A stretch of DNA of 64,000 nt from an uncultured Mollicutes bacterium (lineage in GTDB: Bacteria > Bacillota_I > Bacilli_A > Acholeplasmatales > Anaeroplasmataceae), in assembly GCA_900540705.1 (NCBI GenBank), contig UQGR01000001.1, positions 90,062 through 154,061 on the forward strand, in the 5' to 3' direction. The notes under the pieces were generated by a model. It saw nothing but the letters and a program-made list of their open reading frames with translations, was not told the origin of the DNA and searched no databases. The position numbers and the translations under genes were made by a program. Shown here one piece after another: positions 19,301 through 34,300 of the stretch. Positions within the stretch are counted from its first letter, which is position 1; each line of letters starts with the position of its first letter.

Positions 19301-22300
19301 AACGATACTGCTTAAATCAAAGAATATATCCTCATTATCAATAATAATTGGTAATGCAAATACATCTTCTCTATAAAGTGGATTACGATAATCACGCCAC
19401 TGATAGCTATCAGAGTTTCTCAGCTTAGCATAAATCTTATATTCCTGAGCCAAAAGCTTACCATTAGTACATAAGCGTTCATAAATCTGATTTACAAAGG
19501 CTTCAACCATATGGGCAGGATCTGTTCCATAAGGAACATAAGCAATCTTATCGGTACACTCCTTATCAAAGTAATAATCATATAAATCACTGATTGTTAC
19601 ATCGATATATCTTTGATAATTGATCTTATCATACGTTAATTCTCCATAAACGAATGGTGTATCTACGGTAATCTTTTCAATTACAAATACATTAACCTCA
19701 TTCAACAAGATGTAGTTGTTAGAAGTTGTTCTTGCCTGAACAAGAAGTAAGCCTGCCATCTCAATACTTAAGGATCCGATGGTGTAATCCTGATTACATT
19801 CATAGCTTTCAACTAATGTGTTGTCATTGAATACATCCACCCAAATTGGACATGCCGTATATGGATCAAAGCCTTCCTTGACATTTACATAAGCTCTAGG
19901 CAAGATAAATCTCTTATTCTCATTAAATTCTGTCGTCATATTAGACCAGTATACCATGATTTCCTTCTTATTTACCTTAACACTTAAAGTAAATTGAACT
20001 TCATAGTTCTTTGTCAAATCCACAGAACCACGAGTAATCGTATAATTGCTTGCCCAATTGAACTGAGTTGCAAGATCAGTATAAGAGATTACATTTCCAG
20101 CTTCATCTACTAATACATCTGGTGTATTTAATCTTAATGTACCATTGAGCTGTTCACCAGCAGTTGCAAAATTGTTTACGGAAACGATTGGATTAGAAGC
20201 TGACCAATCGCTGTTCTCCCAAATGTCGCCTTCCTCGAAGGTCTTCTCGTCACTCAACTCTACCGTTAAGATACGACGAACAATCTTGAAGGAAATCTTA
20301 CGAGCATCTGGAACAAGACCAACCTCGGTATAGCCCCATCCGTAATCTACAATCTCATCGCACCATAAGGATTCATCTACCTTTAATCCAGAAACTGGAC
20401 GGTTTGTAAAGACTGCAGTATTGTTTGTAAATACATATACCCATGCATCAGAAATTACATTTCCTTCTGCATCATAGGATACATTTTCATTATTCCAGTA
20501 GTTCGCCTGATATTCTCCCTGACCGAACGTATTTGCTAAGTCATATTTTGGAAGCTTAGCATTTCCAACACGTACCGTATTTTCATTGGATTCATCAAAA
20601 CGAATGACTGGCTTAGGTAAGAATTCTTGACCAGAGTAGGTGATATAGTATCCAGTTTCTGGATCATACTCTAAGCCCTCTAAGCTATCTAGGTCAAGGC
20701 TGATATCTGTACCACTCAGCATAATCTGATAGATACTCTGATCAGCAGATAGAGTCCAAGTTACTCCATCGCCATAGTAAACTAAAGCGTCGCCACCTGA
20801 AATCCATTCCTCTTCAGGGATATAGTTTGTTTCACCCTTAACTCTAGAGACAAAGGCTACAAAGTTTTCACCACCAAGGATAATCTCTTGTCCTAAGCGT
20901 TCAATATTCTTAGAGATTGCAATACCACTAATCTCTAGCTGACTTCTATTGGTCAAATGACTATACTGAGGACTAAGCTCTGCAAAGAACTCATCTACCT
21001 TATCCGCATAATCTAATAACGCACGATCAGTGATTTCAACCACGTCATGTAAGCTTCTCTGCTCAGGGATACGTAAGATGTATCTACCAAGGCTATCTCT
21101 ATGGTTCATAATATGAATTGGTAATAATTCAGTATAACCAATAATCTTGAAGGTGCCTGTCTCATAATCATAATCATAAATGAAGATATCTGCATCCTCT
21201 TCATAGATTACAAGATACTTCGTATGCCATCTCTTAGCTACAGGAACATCTAAACCAGTTACCCAGCCATCTGGATAGCCGCCATCTCCTGTTACATCAT
21301 AGCTTGCTGTGATGAAGAATTGTTCATTCTTTTCAGGATTTTCATACATATCCTCAAATACCGCTTCATGCAGAATCTCTGCAGGCTTAGGTACATTGAT
21401 GTATCTTAAATTTGTTTCACCACTGAAGGCAGCAGTTTCTATTTCTTCAATATGATATGGAAGTTTAACGTCATATAGCGTTGTAACACCTGACATCTGA
21501 CCATTAGTAATTCTTGTGAAGACATCTAAGAACTCTACCTTTGCTAAATTACTTGGTACCCAGAAAGCCTCACCAAATACAGAAGGCGTTCCAGAAATTT
21601 CTCCATCTTCATTGATATATTGGCCAAATCCGTTCTTATCATATGCGATAGCGCCTGTTTCATCTCTAAAGGACTTCTTAACCGTTCTTCCTAAGGCTTC
21701 GTTGTAATCCTTCATAAATTGATGGATTAAGGTTGCACCCTCATAGAAGTCACGACCAAAGATAAATCCAAATAGAGACTCTGAACCAGACTGTGTAGCA
21801 TAGGCATCTGTATCTGCCGCATTAGAACCAATGAATGGTAATGTCATCTTCAATAGACCTGAACAGCCATTAAATGCAGAATAGCCAATATGCTTAACAT
21901 TCTCTGGAATATATAATTCTCTAATCTTATCATTATTACGATAAGCATAAGCCCCAATAGAGGTAACCAAAGCAGGAATTGCTAAATCACTTAAATTGGT
22001 TCCATCGAATGCATAATCCTCAATGGTAGTAATGGTTTGTGGAAGGTCAAATTCAGGTAATGCACTTGCATTCTGGAAGGTTCCTTCCTTGATTACAGCA
22101 ATTTCGCTACTTGTAAACTGAGCATCTACTAAAGCCGTACAGGAAGCAAACATATATTTACCTTCTGCAACATCCTTCATAGAAGCATGCATTTGCACCT
22201 CTTGTAGCTTCGTTGCCTCAGCAAATATATAATTTCCAAAGGAAGTTACATAAGCTGGAACAACCAAATTCATCTTATGCTGTGCCTGTTGAGTTGATCT

Positions 22301-25300
22301 GTAGAACATATGATCACTTAAAATGGTATTGTTGATTGCAATACTTTCTAAGGCATAGGTATCAGCAAACGCATAAGCACCAACATAATCCTCAAGTGTA
22401 TTCGGTAATAGGATATTTACCAATGCTTCAGCATGAGCAAATGCGTAATTACCTAAGTAGGTAATCTCTTTTAGATCTACCTTCTTCATATGGTTTGCAT
22501 TATAGAAGGCATAATGGCCAATATGAGTGGTAAGGTCGGCTAAAATCACACTTTCCATACCAACACATTCTGCAAACGCATAATCACCAATACTTGTGAT
22601 ACACTCAGGAATCACAATCGTATATTCTGTGTTCTTATTGAAATCATTTAACACATCACAGCCATAGAAGGTATATTCCTTAATCTCAGAAATTGCATCG
22701 CCAGCATATTCTACCTTAGTTAAGCTGTCATTCTCATAGAATGCATAGCTTCCTAGATAGTCTGTAGGAGTAGGAATAACCATCTCCTCAAGCTTGCGGC
22801 AACCATAGAATGCATAATCATTAATCTGGAAGGTATCCTGAGGATTTTCTCCATATTGTAAATATACATTGGTTAGACCTGCAAAGTTCATGAATGCACC
22901 ATAGCCTACTACATGATCTACATTCGTTACATAAACGGTCTTTAAAGCCTCAGGAATGTAGTATGTTTCGCTCTTGGCAGCATCGGAATACTTCTGTGGT
23001 GCTGCATAGATATTCGGGTTCTTAGAGGAAACCTTACCGAAGATGTATCCGAATAAGGATTCAGAAGAAGCCTCTGTATATTTATGACCACCAACAAATG
23101 GAACTGTAATATTGGTAAGACCTGTACATCCACCGAAGGCTGCATAGCCAATGGTTGTAACCTTATCTGGAACTACTACATTATTTAAGGAAGGATCATT
23201 AAAGAACATGTAGTTACCAATCTTGACATTGTCAATCGTAATCTCTGCTAGCTTCTCACATTCAGCAAATACATAGTCTCCTACGTTTTCACCAACTACA
23301 GAAGGAACATATAGATTCACAATGGCATCACAGTTGTAGAATGCACGATCCATCAGGTGAGTTACCTTTGCTGGTAAGTAAACCATATAGGTATCATTTG
23401 CGTTAAAGTCTGCCATCTTAACACAACCATTGAATGCAGATACACCGATATGACTTAACATGATTTCAGTTTCTGCAGTTGTATTTTCAAAGCCAACTCT
23501 AACAATTTCCTGTGCACCATAGAAGGCACTATCCTCTATCTTATATAAGCAGTAAGGTAAGGTGACATTTACTAAGGTATCACACTCATAGAATGTACCC
23601 GTATGTAGAACCTCCTGTAACCGAACCTTCACATCTGTCAATGAAATAGGGGTATCCACGATTGCCTTAGCACCAGCTAATCTCTGGTCTAACGCAACTA
23701 ATAGAGATGGACTATAGTAAGTATCTGTGCTGTCTTTACCAAAGAAATAGCCAAAGATAACACTTTCCTTATGCTGCTCAGCAGATTCACATTCTGCATA
23801 TTGCTGACGTCCTACGAATGGAACATCTAAGGATACTAAGCTACCACAGCCACCGAATACATGCTCACCAATCTCTTCTACAGCATCTGGTAAGGTTATA
23901 TCTGTCATCGCAACACAGTTGAAGAACACCTTGTCGCCTAAGGTATGGATCTTAGAGCCAAAGTTAACCTTGCCCTCTTCCTGATGATCAACAGCTAAAA
24001 CAGTCTTTAGCTTATAACAATCATAGAATAGACCTGTTGCTAGTTCTTCAATCACATCGCCCTCAAACTCTACCTTCTTCAGTTCATGACAACCCTTGAA
24101 CGCATATTCTCCTATGCTTTCTGTCGTTGCAGGAACAGCGAAGTATTCAAGCTCAATATAGCTGTCATCTAATAGCTTATTACCTAAATTCATACAGCCA
24201 GCGAAAGCGTAAGCACCAATAGAGGTGAATGGTGTTTCTACTCCATCCATCACACGCTTATCACTTAAGGTGATTGTAGTTAAGCCATCACAGTTATGGA
24301 ATGCACCATAACCAACAGCACTATCATTTGTCACATGAACAATTCTTAAAGAGGTTGGAATATAGTAGGTTTCTGCTAGATTCTCTCCATAGCTTTGAGT
24401 TGTTGCCTTGACATATGCATTTTGTGCTAAAACGGCATCACTATATTTAGATGTAGTACCAAAGATATATCCTAGTAAGGAATCTCGGCCATCTGTACTA
24501 TATGCATGACCACCAACAAATGGAATCCAAATTTCAACTAAGCTGATACAGTCTCCAAATGCGCCCTCACCAATCTCTGTTACATCTTGTGGGATTTCAA
24601 TACGATTTAATCTAGGACAGTTATAGAACTGGTGATCTCCTAGAACCTTATTTTGAATATTAACGATTCTTAATTCTGAGTTATTTGCAAAGGCATACTC
24701 ATCAATTCTTGTAACATTTGCAGGAATTGTAACCTCTCTTAACGCAGGAATATCATAATCCTCCTTCGTGATATCAAAATCAACAGGGAAGTTATCTGCA
24801 TTGTCGAACATATGAGCGCCAATCCAATGGTTCAAAATTTGGATATTTGCTAGAACATCACAGCCAGCAAATACATATGCACCTACTAAACCATCTTCTG
24901 TTGTTCCAACAGATTCTGGAATTGTAACTGCTTGAATAGAATTACAGTTTTCAAATGCGGAATCCTGTAATGCTACTACCTTAGAAGGAACAATTACACC
25001 CTCTGCATCACTATTTGAATTGAAGCGTACTAGGCTTACAGCATCCTTAAAGGCGCTGTTTCCAATATGAGTCAATTCACTTGTTGTATTGTCAGTACCA
25101 AAGTATACCGTCTTAAGGTTCTTTGTATTATAGAATGCATAATCCTCAATTACCTGTAAGGCTTCTGGTAAGACTACATTCTCTACAGAAGAAACATTAG
25201 AGAAGGTACCATAATGGATTACAATCGTATCCGTGATAGTAATATCCTTTAAGGCTTTTGGAACATAATAGCTTACAGTCTCAGATTCTAATGCACCATA

Positions 25301-28300
25301 CGTCTGTTTTACAAGCTCAAAGCCACTCTTAGATTCATCTAAATATTTTGTATATTCAGCTTCTGAACCAAAGTAGTATCCATAAACTGTATTCTCACTA
25401 TCATAGGTTGGTTCATAGCCACAAATATCATGACGAGCCTCACCAATGAATGGTGTTGTGAGCTTAGCCACACTGCTAGCACCACCTAAGATAGCCTTGC
25501 CTACAGTCTCAAGACTATCAGGTAAAATTACCTCAGTTGCAGATGCTGCATTAAAGAACACATAATCTCCTAAGGTCTTTACAGACTCTGGAACTGTAAC
25601 GATATTTTCATCCTTCTGAGCAGAAGTAATTACGGTCTTTAGGCTAGTTGCATTGTAGAATGTACCCGTTGCAATCTCCTCAATTTGGATCAAGTCCTCA
25701 AAGGTTACCTTGCTTAAGGATTTACAATCTGCAAATGCGTATTCCCCTATCGTTCCTACACTGTTTGGTATGAATAACTCTGTAAATGCTTCATCTGGAC
25801 AATTGTGGAATGCATACTCTCCAATCGTTGTTGTCGTTGCTGGGAAGCTGATTCCCTCTAGCTCTGTACAATTCTCAAATGCGTATGCTCCTACCTCGGT
25901 GAAGTTCTTCTCTTCATTATAGCCCTCTGGTAGGCTTACTTCCTTAAGCATTGTACTGTTGGCAAAGCCGTATTCCTTTATCTTTGTATCATCTGTTACA
26001 TGTACGGTTGCTAGACTCTTTGGTATGTAGTAGGTATTGCCATTCTGCTCTACCTCTGCTAATCCTTCCTTGTTTTCCTCAAGGATATCCTCTAACGTTG
26101 TACTGAAGATATAACCAAATGTCGTTGTATCCTCTTTGTTCGTTTCATAGCGATGATTTCCGATAAATGGTAAGGTTAACTCCGTTAGACCGCTACAGCC
26201 TCCGAATGCCTTTTCCTCTATCGTTGTTACATGCTTTGATACGACAAAGTCATTTAAGCCTGAACAGTTCAATAGAGCTCCTTCTCCTATCGTGATTACA
26301 CTATCTGGTAAGGTATTCTCTAAGCCTGTTAAGTCTGCACTTAGACTTGCTGCTACCTTCATTGCAGTGATAGACTTGTCATTTGCAAATGTATATGCGG
26401 ACAGCTCCTTCAATACGGTATTGCCTGTCTCAAATACTACGGTTGCTAGACTTGTACAATCTGCAAATGCGTATTCTCCTATCGTTCCTACACTGTTTGG
26501 TATGAACAAATCCTTTAATGCGGAAGCACCCTCAAAGGCACAATCCAGGATTTCAGTTAATTTTTTATTTGTATTTACGAATACAATATGTTCCATATTT
26601 AAAACATTTGTAAACGCATGCTCACCTATAGTTTCTACATTATTTAATGTGACATGGGTAAGCTTCTTTGGAATATAGAAATGGTAGCCAATTTGATGAG
26701 CTATACTATATTCCTCATATCTTTGTTCTGAAGCTAATGGATAAGCTGTGTATAGAGCATCCTCAAATACGCCCTGTTCATAGCCTGGAATTAGCTCGCC
26801 AAAGATATAACCATATAAGGTCTTCTTCTTTGCAATCGTCTTTTCCTCTGTCGTCTTTGTCGTATCCTCAACGATTGCCTTATAAGCATCATATGGAATA
26901 CCACCAACAAATGGAAGCTCAATAGAGGTTAAGCCAACGCAACCACCAAAGGCCGCATAGCCAAGCTCTGCAACATCCTTATGAACTACGGCAGTGGTTA
27001 AAGCGATACAATTGTAGAATGCATAATCCTCAATTGTACGAATGCTTGGAAGAATTTCTGCAGTACTTAAATTGTAGCAGTTATAGAAGGTTCCCTCACT
27101 AATCTTTGTCAGCTTATTGTTAGAGTTGTATTCAACATCACTTAAATGATAGCAATTCTTAAATGCATACTCCTCAATACTTGAAATCGTATTAGGTAAA
27201 GAGATTTCTGTAAAGCTACTTGACTTACAATTCTCAAACGCATGAGACTTAATTGCTGTAAAGTCGGCGTCTAAATTGAAGCTTGCAACCATATGCATAT
27301 CCATAAATGCGCTATAGCCTACAACTGTATCCGTATGGATTGAGATTGTCACTAAACGCTTTGGAACTAAGAAATGGTATCCCTCTGTACCTGGATCAAG
27401 ATCCTTAGAGGTATAAACTGTATCTAAAACAGAAACATTTTGCTTAGCGGTGATATCCTCATGAACAGATTGAATTTCATTCCCCTCATAGGTTTGGATA
27501 ATCTCCTCCATTGCAGCATCACTTTCTGTCTTATGACCAAAGATATAACCGAATAGACCTTCAAACTTTGAAGAAGTTTCTTCAAATTGATGCATACCAA
27601 TGAATGGTAAACTCATAGACGTAATATTTGCACAGGCACCGAATGCACCATAGCCAATTTCTTTTACATTAGCTGGAACACGTACTGTCTTTAATCCTAA
27701 ATCATGGTAGAACATATATTCTCCAATGATACCATTCTCCATCTCAAAGGAGGTTAGGCTAGGGTTGTTTGCAAATACGTGCGTACCAACATACTGAATT
27801 TGAGCAGGTACAGTTACGGAGGCAAGACTTAAACAGCCATCAAACATATGGTCACCCAACTCGTAGTTGTTGAGTACTATATTCGTCAAGGCTCTATTGC
27901 TTGCAAATACATAGTCTCCTAAATAGCCCTCCTGAGCACCTCTAGAAACCTGCTTACCAATCGTATGGTTCACAACGACACTACGAATCTTATCTACTCC
28001 CGCAAATGCATAGGAGCCAATAGATTTCATATTATCATTGAAGCTGATTTCAAAGGTATTTAATGAGGAGGTAGCATTCACATCTATCAAAGACTTGTTG
28101 TTATAAACAGCATAATCTCTGATTTCTTCAATGGTGTCAAATAGGATACTTTCAATCTTAGTATTCATGAAAGCTCCATAAGGTATTACAGTTTCTTCTA
28201 GTAAAGTTACCTTTCTTAGAGAGGTTGGAATATAGAAGCTACTGTCTACCGTGAAGTTTCTTTCCTCATAGCTACCATTGTTATAAATCTTAACCTTTTG

Positions 28301-31300
28301 AGTTTCAAACTCATCGGCATAGGTTTGTTGAGCAGCATAGGTTACATTTTCAACACGAGTATGACCAAAGATATAACCAAATAATGAATCAAATGTATTA
28401 CCATTTTCCTCCTTACGGCTACCAATAAAGGTTAAGGTCATCTGCTGAAGACTTGTACATGCACCAAAGGCTGCATAGCCAATGTTAGATAAAACATCTA
28501 CCTGGTATAGAATTACATTGCTTGTATTTTCATTCAGTCCTTCTGGAGCGAATTCAAATATCTTCGTATTATTGTAGAACATATAATCTCCAATAACACT
28601 ATTCTTTAGTTCTACCTCAGTCAAATTATTGTTGGCAAAGGCATACTCATTCACAGTGGTTACTGTATCTGGAATTGTCACAGTTGTTAGACTCTGACAG
28701 CTTTCAAACATATGAGCACCAAGAATGTGATATCCTGGATCTAAGATGATATCCGTCAAGCTATCACAATCATAGAAGGCATGAGTACCAACCGTTTCAA
28801 TGCTTGCAGGAAGTTTAACATTTACTAATGCATCACAATCTGCAAACGCATAAGCACCAATGGTATCAAAGCTTGAATCAAGGATTAAACCACCCTTGTC
28901 ATTGATTACACCACTTGTATTTTCATACCAGAAGAAGTTCAGCTTTGAACAACCATTAAATGCATAGGCAGAAATGGAATTTAGGTTCGTTGCCGTACAA
29001 TATGGTTTAACATAGGCATCATAGTCTGCATCGCTGATTACATGATATACAAAATCATTCTTGATGGTTCTGTAATACTCAAAGAATGAACCAGTCAAAT
29101 CCTCCTGATAAGTAAATCTTACCTTTTCCATGGCAGAGCAATTCTGGAAAGCATACTCTCCAATGTAGGTAACACTCGCAGGGATTCGCATATAGCGATC
29201 TGTCTTTGTTGTATCATTTAATAATGGGTTATCATAGCGCTCACCCTCATCCGTATATAGCTTATGAGATACGTAATGGGAGCTTTCAATATCGTAATGA
29301 GCACCAATTAAACCACTACAATTCATAAATGCACAATCTGCAATTGTAGTAAACGGAGAAATAGTATCCTCATATTTCCGATATTCTGGTAAAGAGATAC
29401 ACTCCATATATCTACAGTTCATAAATGCACCATAGCTAAACTGGGTATCATTCGTTACTACAATTCTCTTTAAGGACTTAGGTAGATAGTAGGTAACCAT
29501 AGGACTAGTACTGCTACTACGCTGCTGAACAGCATAGCATAGATCTGGTCTTGTCTTACTAATTTCTGTACCGAATAAGTAGCCAATTACCTTTTCATCT
29601 CCATAGAGATCACGCTCTTCCTTGGTAATCTTATCTGTTACCTGCTTATCATTATAGAAACGACCAACATATGGAATAATCAATTCCTCTAAGCTTACGC
29701 AGGCACCAAAGGCAGACTTACCAATCTCAACAACCTCAGAAAGGATAGTAACCTTCTTCAGGTATTCACAGCCATAGAACTGAGAATCACCAACGATACC
29801 ATTCTTTATGATAATTTCAGAAATATCACACTCCTGGAATGCACCTTGTTCAATCTCAATTGTACCCTCAGGAATCGTGGCAGTATCCAAACCAGTATTA
29901 TAGAATGCATACTTACCAATATAAGCTAAGGTATTAGGGAATTCAAAGGTTAATAGATTTTCCATATTCATACAAGCACCATGACCAATAACCACCGCGT
30001 CTGCTTCTTCGCTATCTGCTAAATAGATAGAAACAAGAGATTTTGGTATATAGAAGTCATAGAACTTATTGGTATGTCCATCTACTGAATTTTCGTGTAG
30101 TGGAATAGGAGGTGTATTTTCCTCAACATTTGTTACACTGTTATACGCCTGCTGAACAAGCATTTCTAGTTCTTCTGTATTATACTCATTGTCAGATTCA
30201 CCAAAGATGTATCCAAATAAGAAAATCTTAGCCTGAGCATTCTTAACATCTGGAACCTCTTTGCCCTCACTATTCGTCATCGTAGGATAACGTCTACCAC
30301 CAATAAATGGTACATAGATAGCCGTCATAGATGTACATTCATCGAAAGCTGCATAACCAATTCTTTCGATATAATCTGGAACATACATTACTTCGATTCC
30401 TGTACAGCCTAAGAACATAGATTCTCCAATGTAATTATTATTAAATTGGATGACTTTATGCATTCTTTCATACTGAGCCTTAGCATCAAATACTAGGTCA
30501 TAGCCATCATAAACATCCTGAAGTACATTATAGGTGTAAACCTCTTTATCCTCGCCATCGCCACCAATCTCTTTTGTGATTTGAGTATATTGGAAGACAA
30601 GTGGGTTATTTGCCTCATCCTTTGTACCTAAAGATGTACAGAATTCAAAGGCATTTGTTCCGATACGATCCTCTACAGATGCAGGAATTTCAATCTTATA
30701 AAGACTTGTATTATGACTAAATTGATAATCTCCAATTCTGTTATTTAGAATATTCAAATCCACAAGTGCCGTCAAATATTCAAAGGCATTTGTTCCGATA
30801 AGCACACCTGAAATAGATTCTAGGGTACCAGCGGTTGTTGGAATCTCTAAAGACTGAATTGCAAAATCATGACTGAACGCAAATTCGTCAATGGAGTATA
30901 GATTATCTAAAAGCTGAACTCCATACTCACTATTCATATATTGAAGGTTCTTTGCATAGGCAAAGGCATATTTACCAATACCAGATACTGAGCCCTTCTG
31001 TGTATCCCCTTGTTCTGCTAAAGGAGAATCAAAGGTTACAAGAGTTGAAACATTATAGAAGGCATAGTCAGCAATCAACTGAGCATCCTTATTATTTAAT
31101 ACAACATGTACTAAATTGGTAGGAATTAAGAAATGTGTACCTACATAATGTGGGTTGAATTTCTTATCAAAGCCAACAGATACCCTCGTTAGACCACTAT
31201 TGCTTGTAGGAATCTTCTCTCCATGTGGAGCGACAGTTCCTGCAGCATAGGTTTCATGATCCTCTGCAATATCGGTTCCAAAGATATAACCAAATACCGT

Positions 31301-34300
31301 GATTGGATTATAAGAAGCATCTGCGCTTTCCATTCCTCCAATGAATGGAGCGGTGAACTTTGTTAAACCGATACATCTACCAAAGGCTGCATAGCCAATG
31401 GATACTGTATTTTGATATGGAACTGTAAATTCAGTTAAGCTGCTACAATTGTAGAACGCATAAGCTTCAATCTCTTCTATACTTTCAGAAATTACAAACG
31501 GATTTGTTCCATCACTCGTAAAGGATAGAGAGGTACAGCTTTCAAATGCAGAGCTGCCAATTCTTACAACCGTCTTAGGAAGTAATAAATTATTCAGCTT
31601 ATAGCAGTTTCTGAAGGTTCCCTTATTGATGATTTGAATTAAACCATCCTCTACTTCGACATTCTCAAAGACAGCACGCTCAAGAACATGGTTATCCTGG
31701 AATGCATAAGCACCAATCTCATAAACTGGGAAAGGAATGATGATTTCTCTTAAGGATATACATCCATCGAAGGCATAATCATGAATTTCCTTTAAACCAG
31801 AGTATAAAATGATCTCTTCTAGAGAAGCAACATCCTGGAATGCACCATGACCAATGACATCTCCACCTGTCATTACAATTCTCTTTAAGGAAAGTGGTAG
31901 ATAATACTCCATCACAGTAGTACCATCGTAGGTTTGATGTGTCAATCGTAATGCCTCATCTAGAGTTCCCTTCGTAACAGCCTCCTCCGCTCTTCTTCTT
32001 AGTTCTGCTTCATAGCTTTGAATTAAGGCTACAATCTGAGCAGGAGACAGATTAGGATTTTGTTGTTCTAGATAGATCCATGCTTCATTATAATACTCAT
32101 CATATTTCTTATTTACTGCTTCCTGATACTCTTGTTCAATCTTATCCTTAGAAGTCTTTTCATCACCAAAGATGTAACCAAATAAGGTCTTTTCGCTTTC
32201 CATCTCACCAACAGCTAAGGCCTTTCCTCCTGCAAATGGAATTGTCATTTGCTCTAGAGAGGTACAGCTACCAAAGGAAGCATAGCCGATGGATTCCATA
32301 CCATTGAAATCTACGCCACCCTCCTTATGGGATAGGTCAATAGAAACAAGATTCTTACAGCCATAGAACATATACTCTCCGACAAGCTTATTGTTGAAGA
32401 TAATCCATTCATCATAGGTGATAGAATCATCTGCATTGACAACCTTATTCACTAGGCTTGGAGAATATGCAAAGGCATAGGTATCAATCTTTGTGATAGA
32501 TTCAGGTACTAATAATCTTGATAAAGAATTGGAATAAGCGAACATGTAATCCCCGATTACATTATTTCTAAATTCAATATTTTCAATTCTTTCGTTATCT
32601 GCAAAGATATAATCCCCAACAACAGAATTATTTGCTGAAACCGTATCATAATGTAAAGATTCTGGAATTACAACACTGACAATGTAATCACAATCATAGA
32701 ACGCATAATCCTCAATATTCTTTACACCTTCACCAAGATAGATTACAGTGCTAGAAGCATAGCTCTTACCATTCATATGGAAGATATAGGAGCCATTTTG
32801 ATTCTTAGAAGCGTTAGTATAGGTTTCACCCTGATAGGTCAAGCTATACTCGCTATTATTGATATTGAACAAATTACTGCTTTCAAATGCACGCTTGCTG
32901 ATGGTCTCAATTCTGTCAAAGTTAACATTTCTAATATCCTTTGTATTCATGAAAGCACCATAACCAATTACGGTATCCTCATATATATTTACAGTTAGTA
33001 AAGACATAGGGATATAGAATTGGGTTGCTACCTTGGCATCGCTATAATATTGGCTTGTAGCACGAATTCCATAGGTAGTAAACTCAACGTCTGTTACCTC
33101 TGGATGTGTTGCAAGATAGTGAGCCTTCGCAAGGTTGAACTCTTCGCCAGATTCCTTATTTTCACCAAAGATATAGCCAAATAAGGTTTCCTTAGAGTCA
33201 CCATTCCATGTATGAGCGCCAACATAAGGAATCGTCAATTCCTCTAAGGCAATACATCTACCGAAGGCAGCATAACCAATTTCTGTAGTGCATGGCTTAA
33301 CTACTACGTTTCTTAAGGAATAATCAAAGTAGAACATATGATCAGAAATCTCTGCATTGTTGATGTCTACCTCTACCAATGCATTATCATAAGCGAACGC
33401 ATAAGCACCAACTGTTTGAATAGATTCAGGAATATGAAGTTCATAAATTGAAATACATCTAGCAAATGCATATTCACCGATATTCGTCAATGGAGCCTTC
33501 AAGTCAAGCACTCCAGTAGCGTCAGGATCATTGGTTGGGTTGTTGATATTCTTTAAGGAAATACAGTTATAGAAACCATAATCCTGAACTGTTACAACCT
33601 GCTCAAACTCAACATTCTCAATTTGACGTAAATCCATCATACCACCAAAGCCGATGATATCCTCATTCTTAATTACAACAGTTCTTAAGCTTGCAGGAAC
33701 ATAGAAGGTATAGGTATACTCATCTGTTCCAAGCTCAGAGCTAATGTAATCCTCACTATCAACCTCATCACCAACAATTGGAATACCTTGATATCTTTGA
33801 ACAACTGCGATAGATAAATCATCCTGACTCAAGGTCTGTTCTGTTTCATCTAAAGTATAGAAATCATTCATAAAGGCTGACTTCTTATCCATAGTTTCAC
33901 CGAAGATATATCCAAATAGAGTTTGCTTAGAAGGAGTTTCTCCACTTGCAAAATCATGGTGACCAACAAATGGAACTGTAATCTTTTCTAAGGAATCACA
34001 AGAACCAAAGGCTGCATAGCCAATTGTCTTTAATTGATTAGTATCCTGATTTGTCGTATCCATTTCTACTAGGCTAACACAATCAAAGAACATATAATCC
34101 GTTATGAATTCATTTTCGATAGTAATTGTATCTAATGCATGACAGGAAGCGAAGGCATAGATGCCATTTTCTGTATTTGTCACACAGGAAGGAATCGTTA
34201 CCGCCTTTAGCTTAGAGCATCTTGCAAACATATAATCACCAAGTAAAGAGGATTCAATGGTAATATCCGTTAAGGAGTCACAATCTGCAAACGCATGTGT

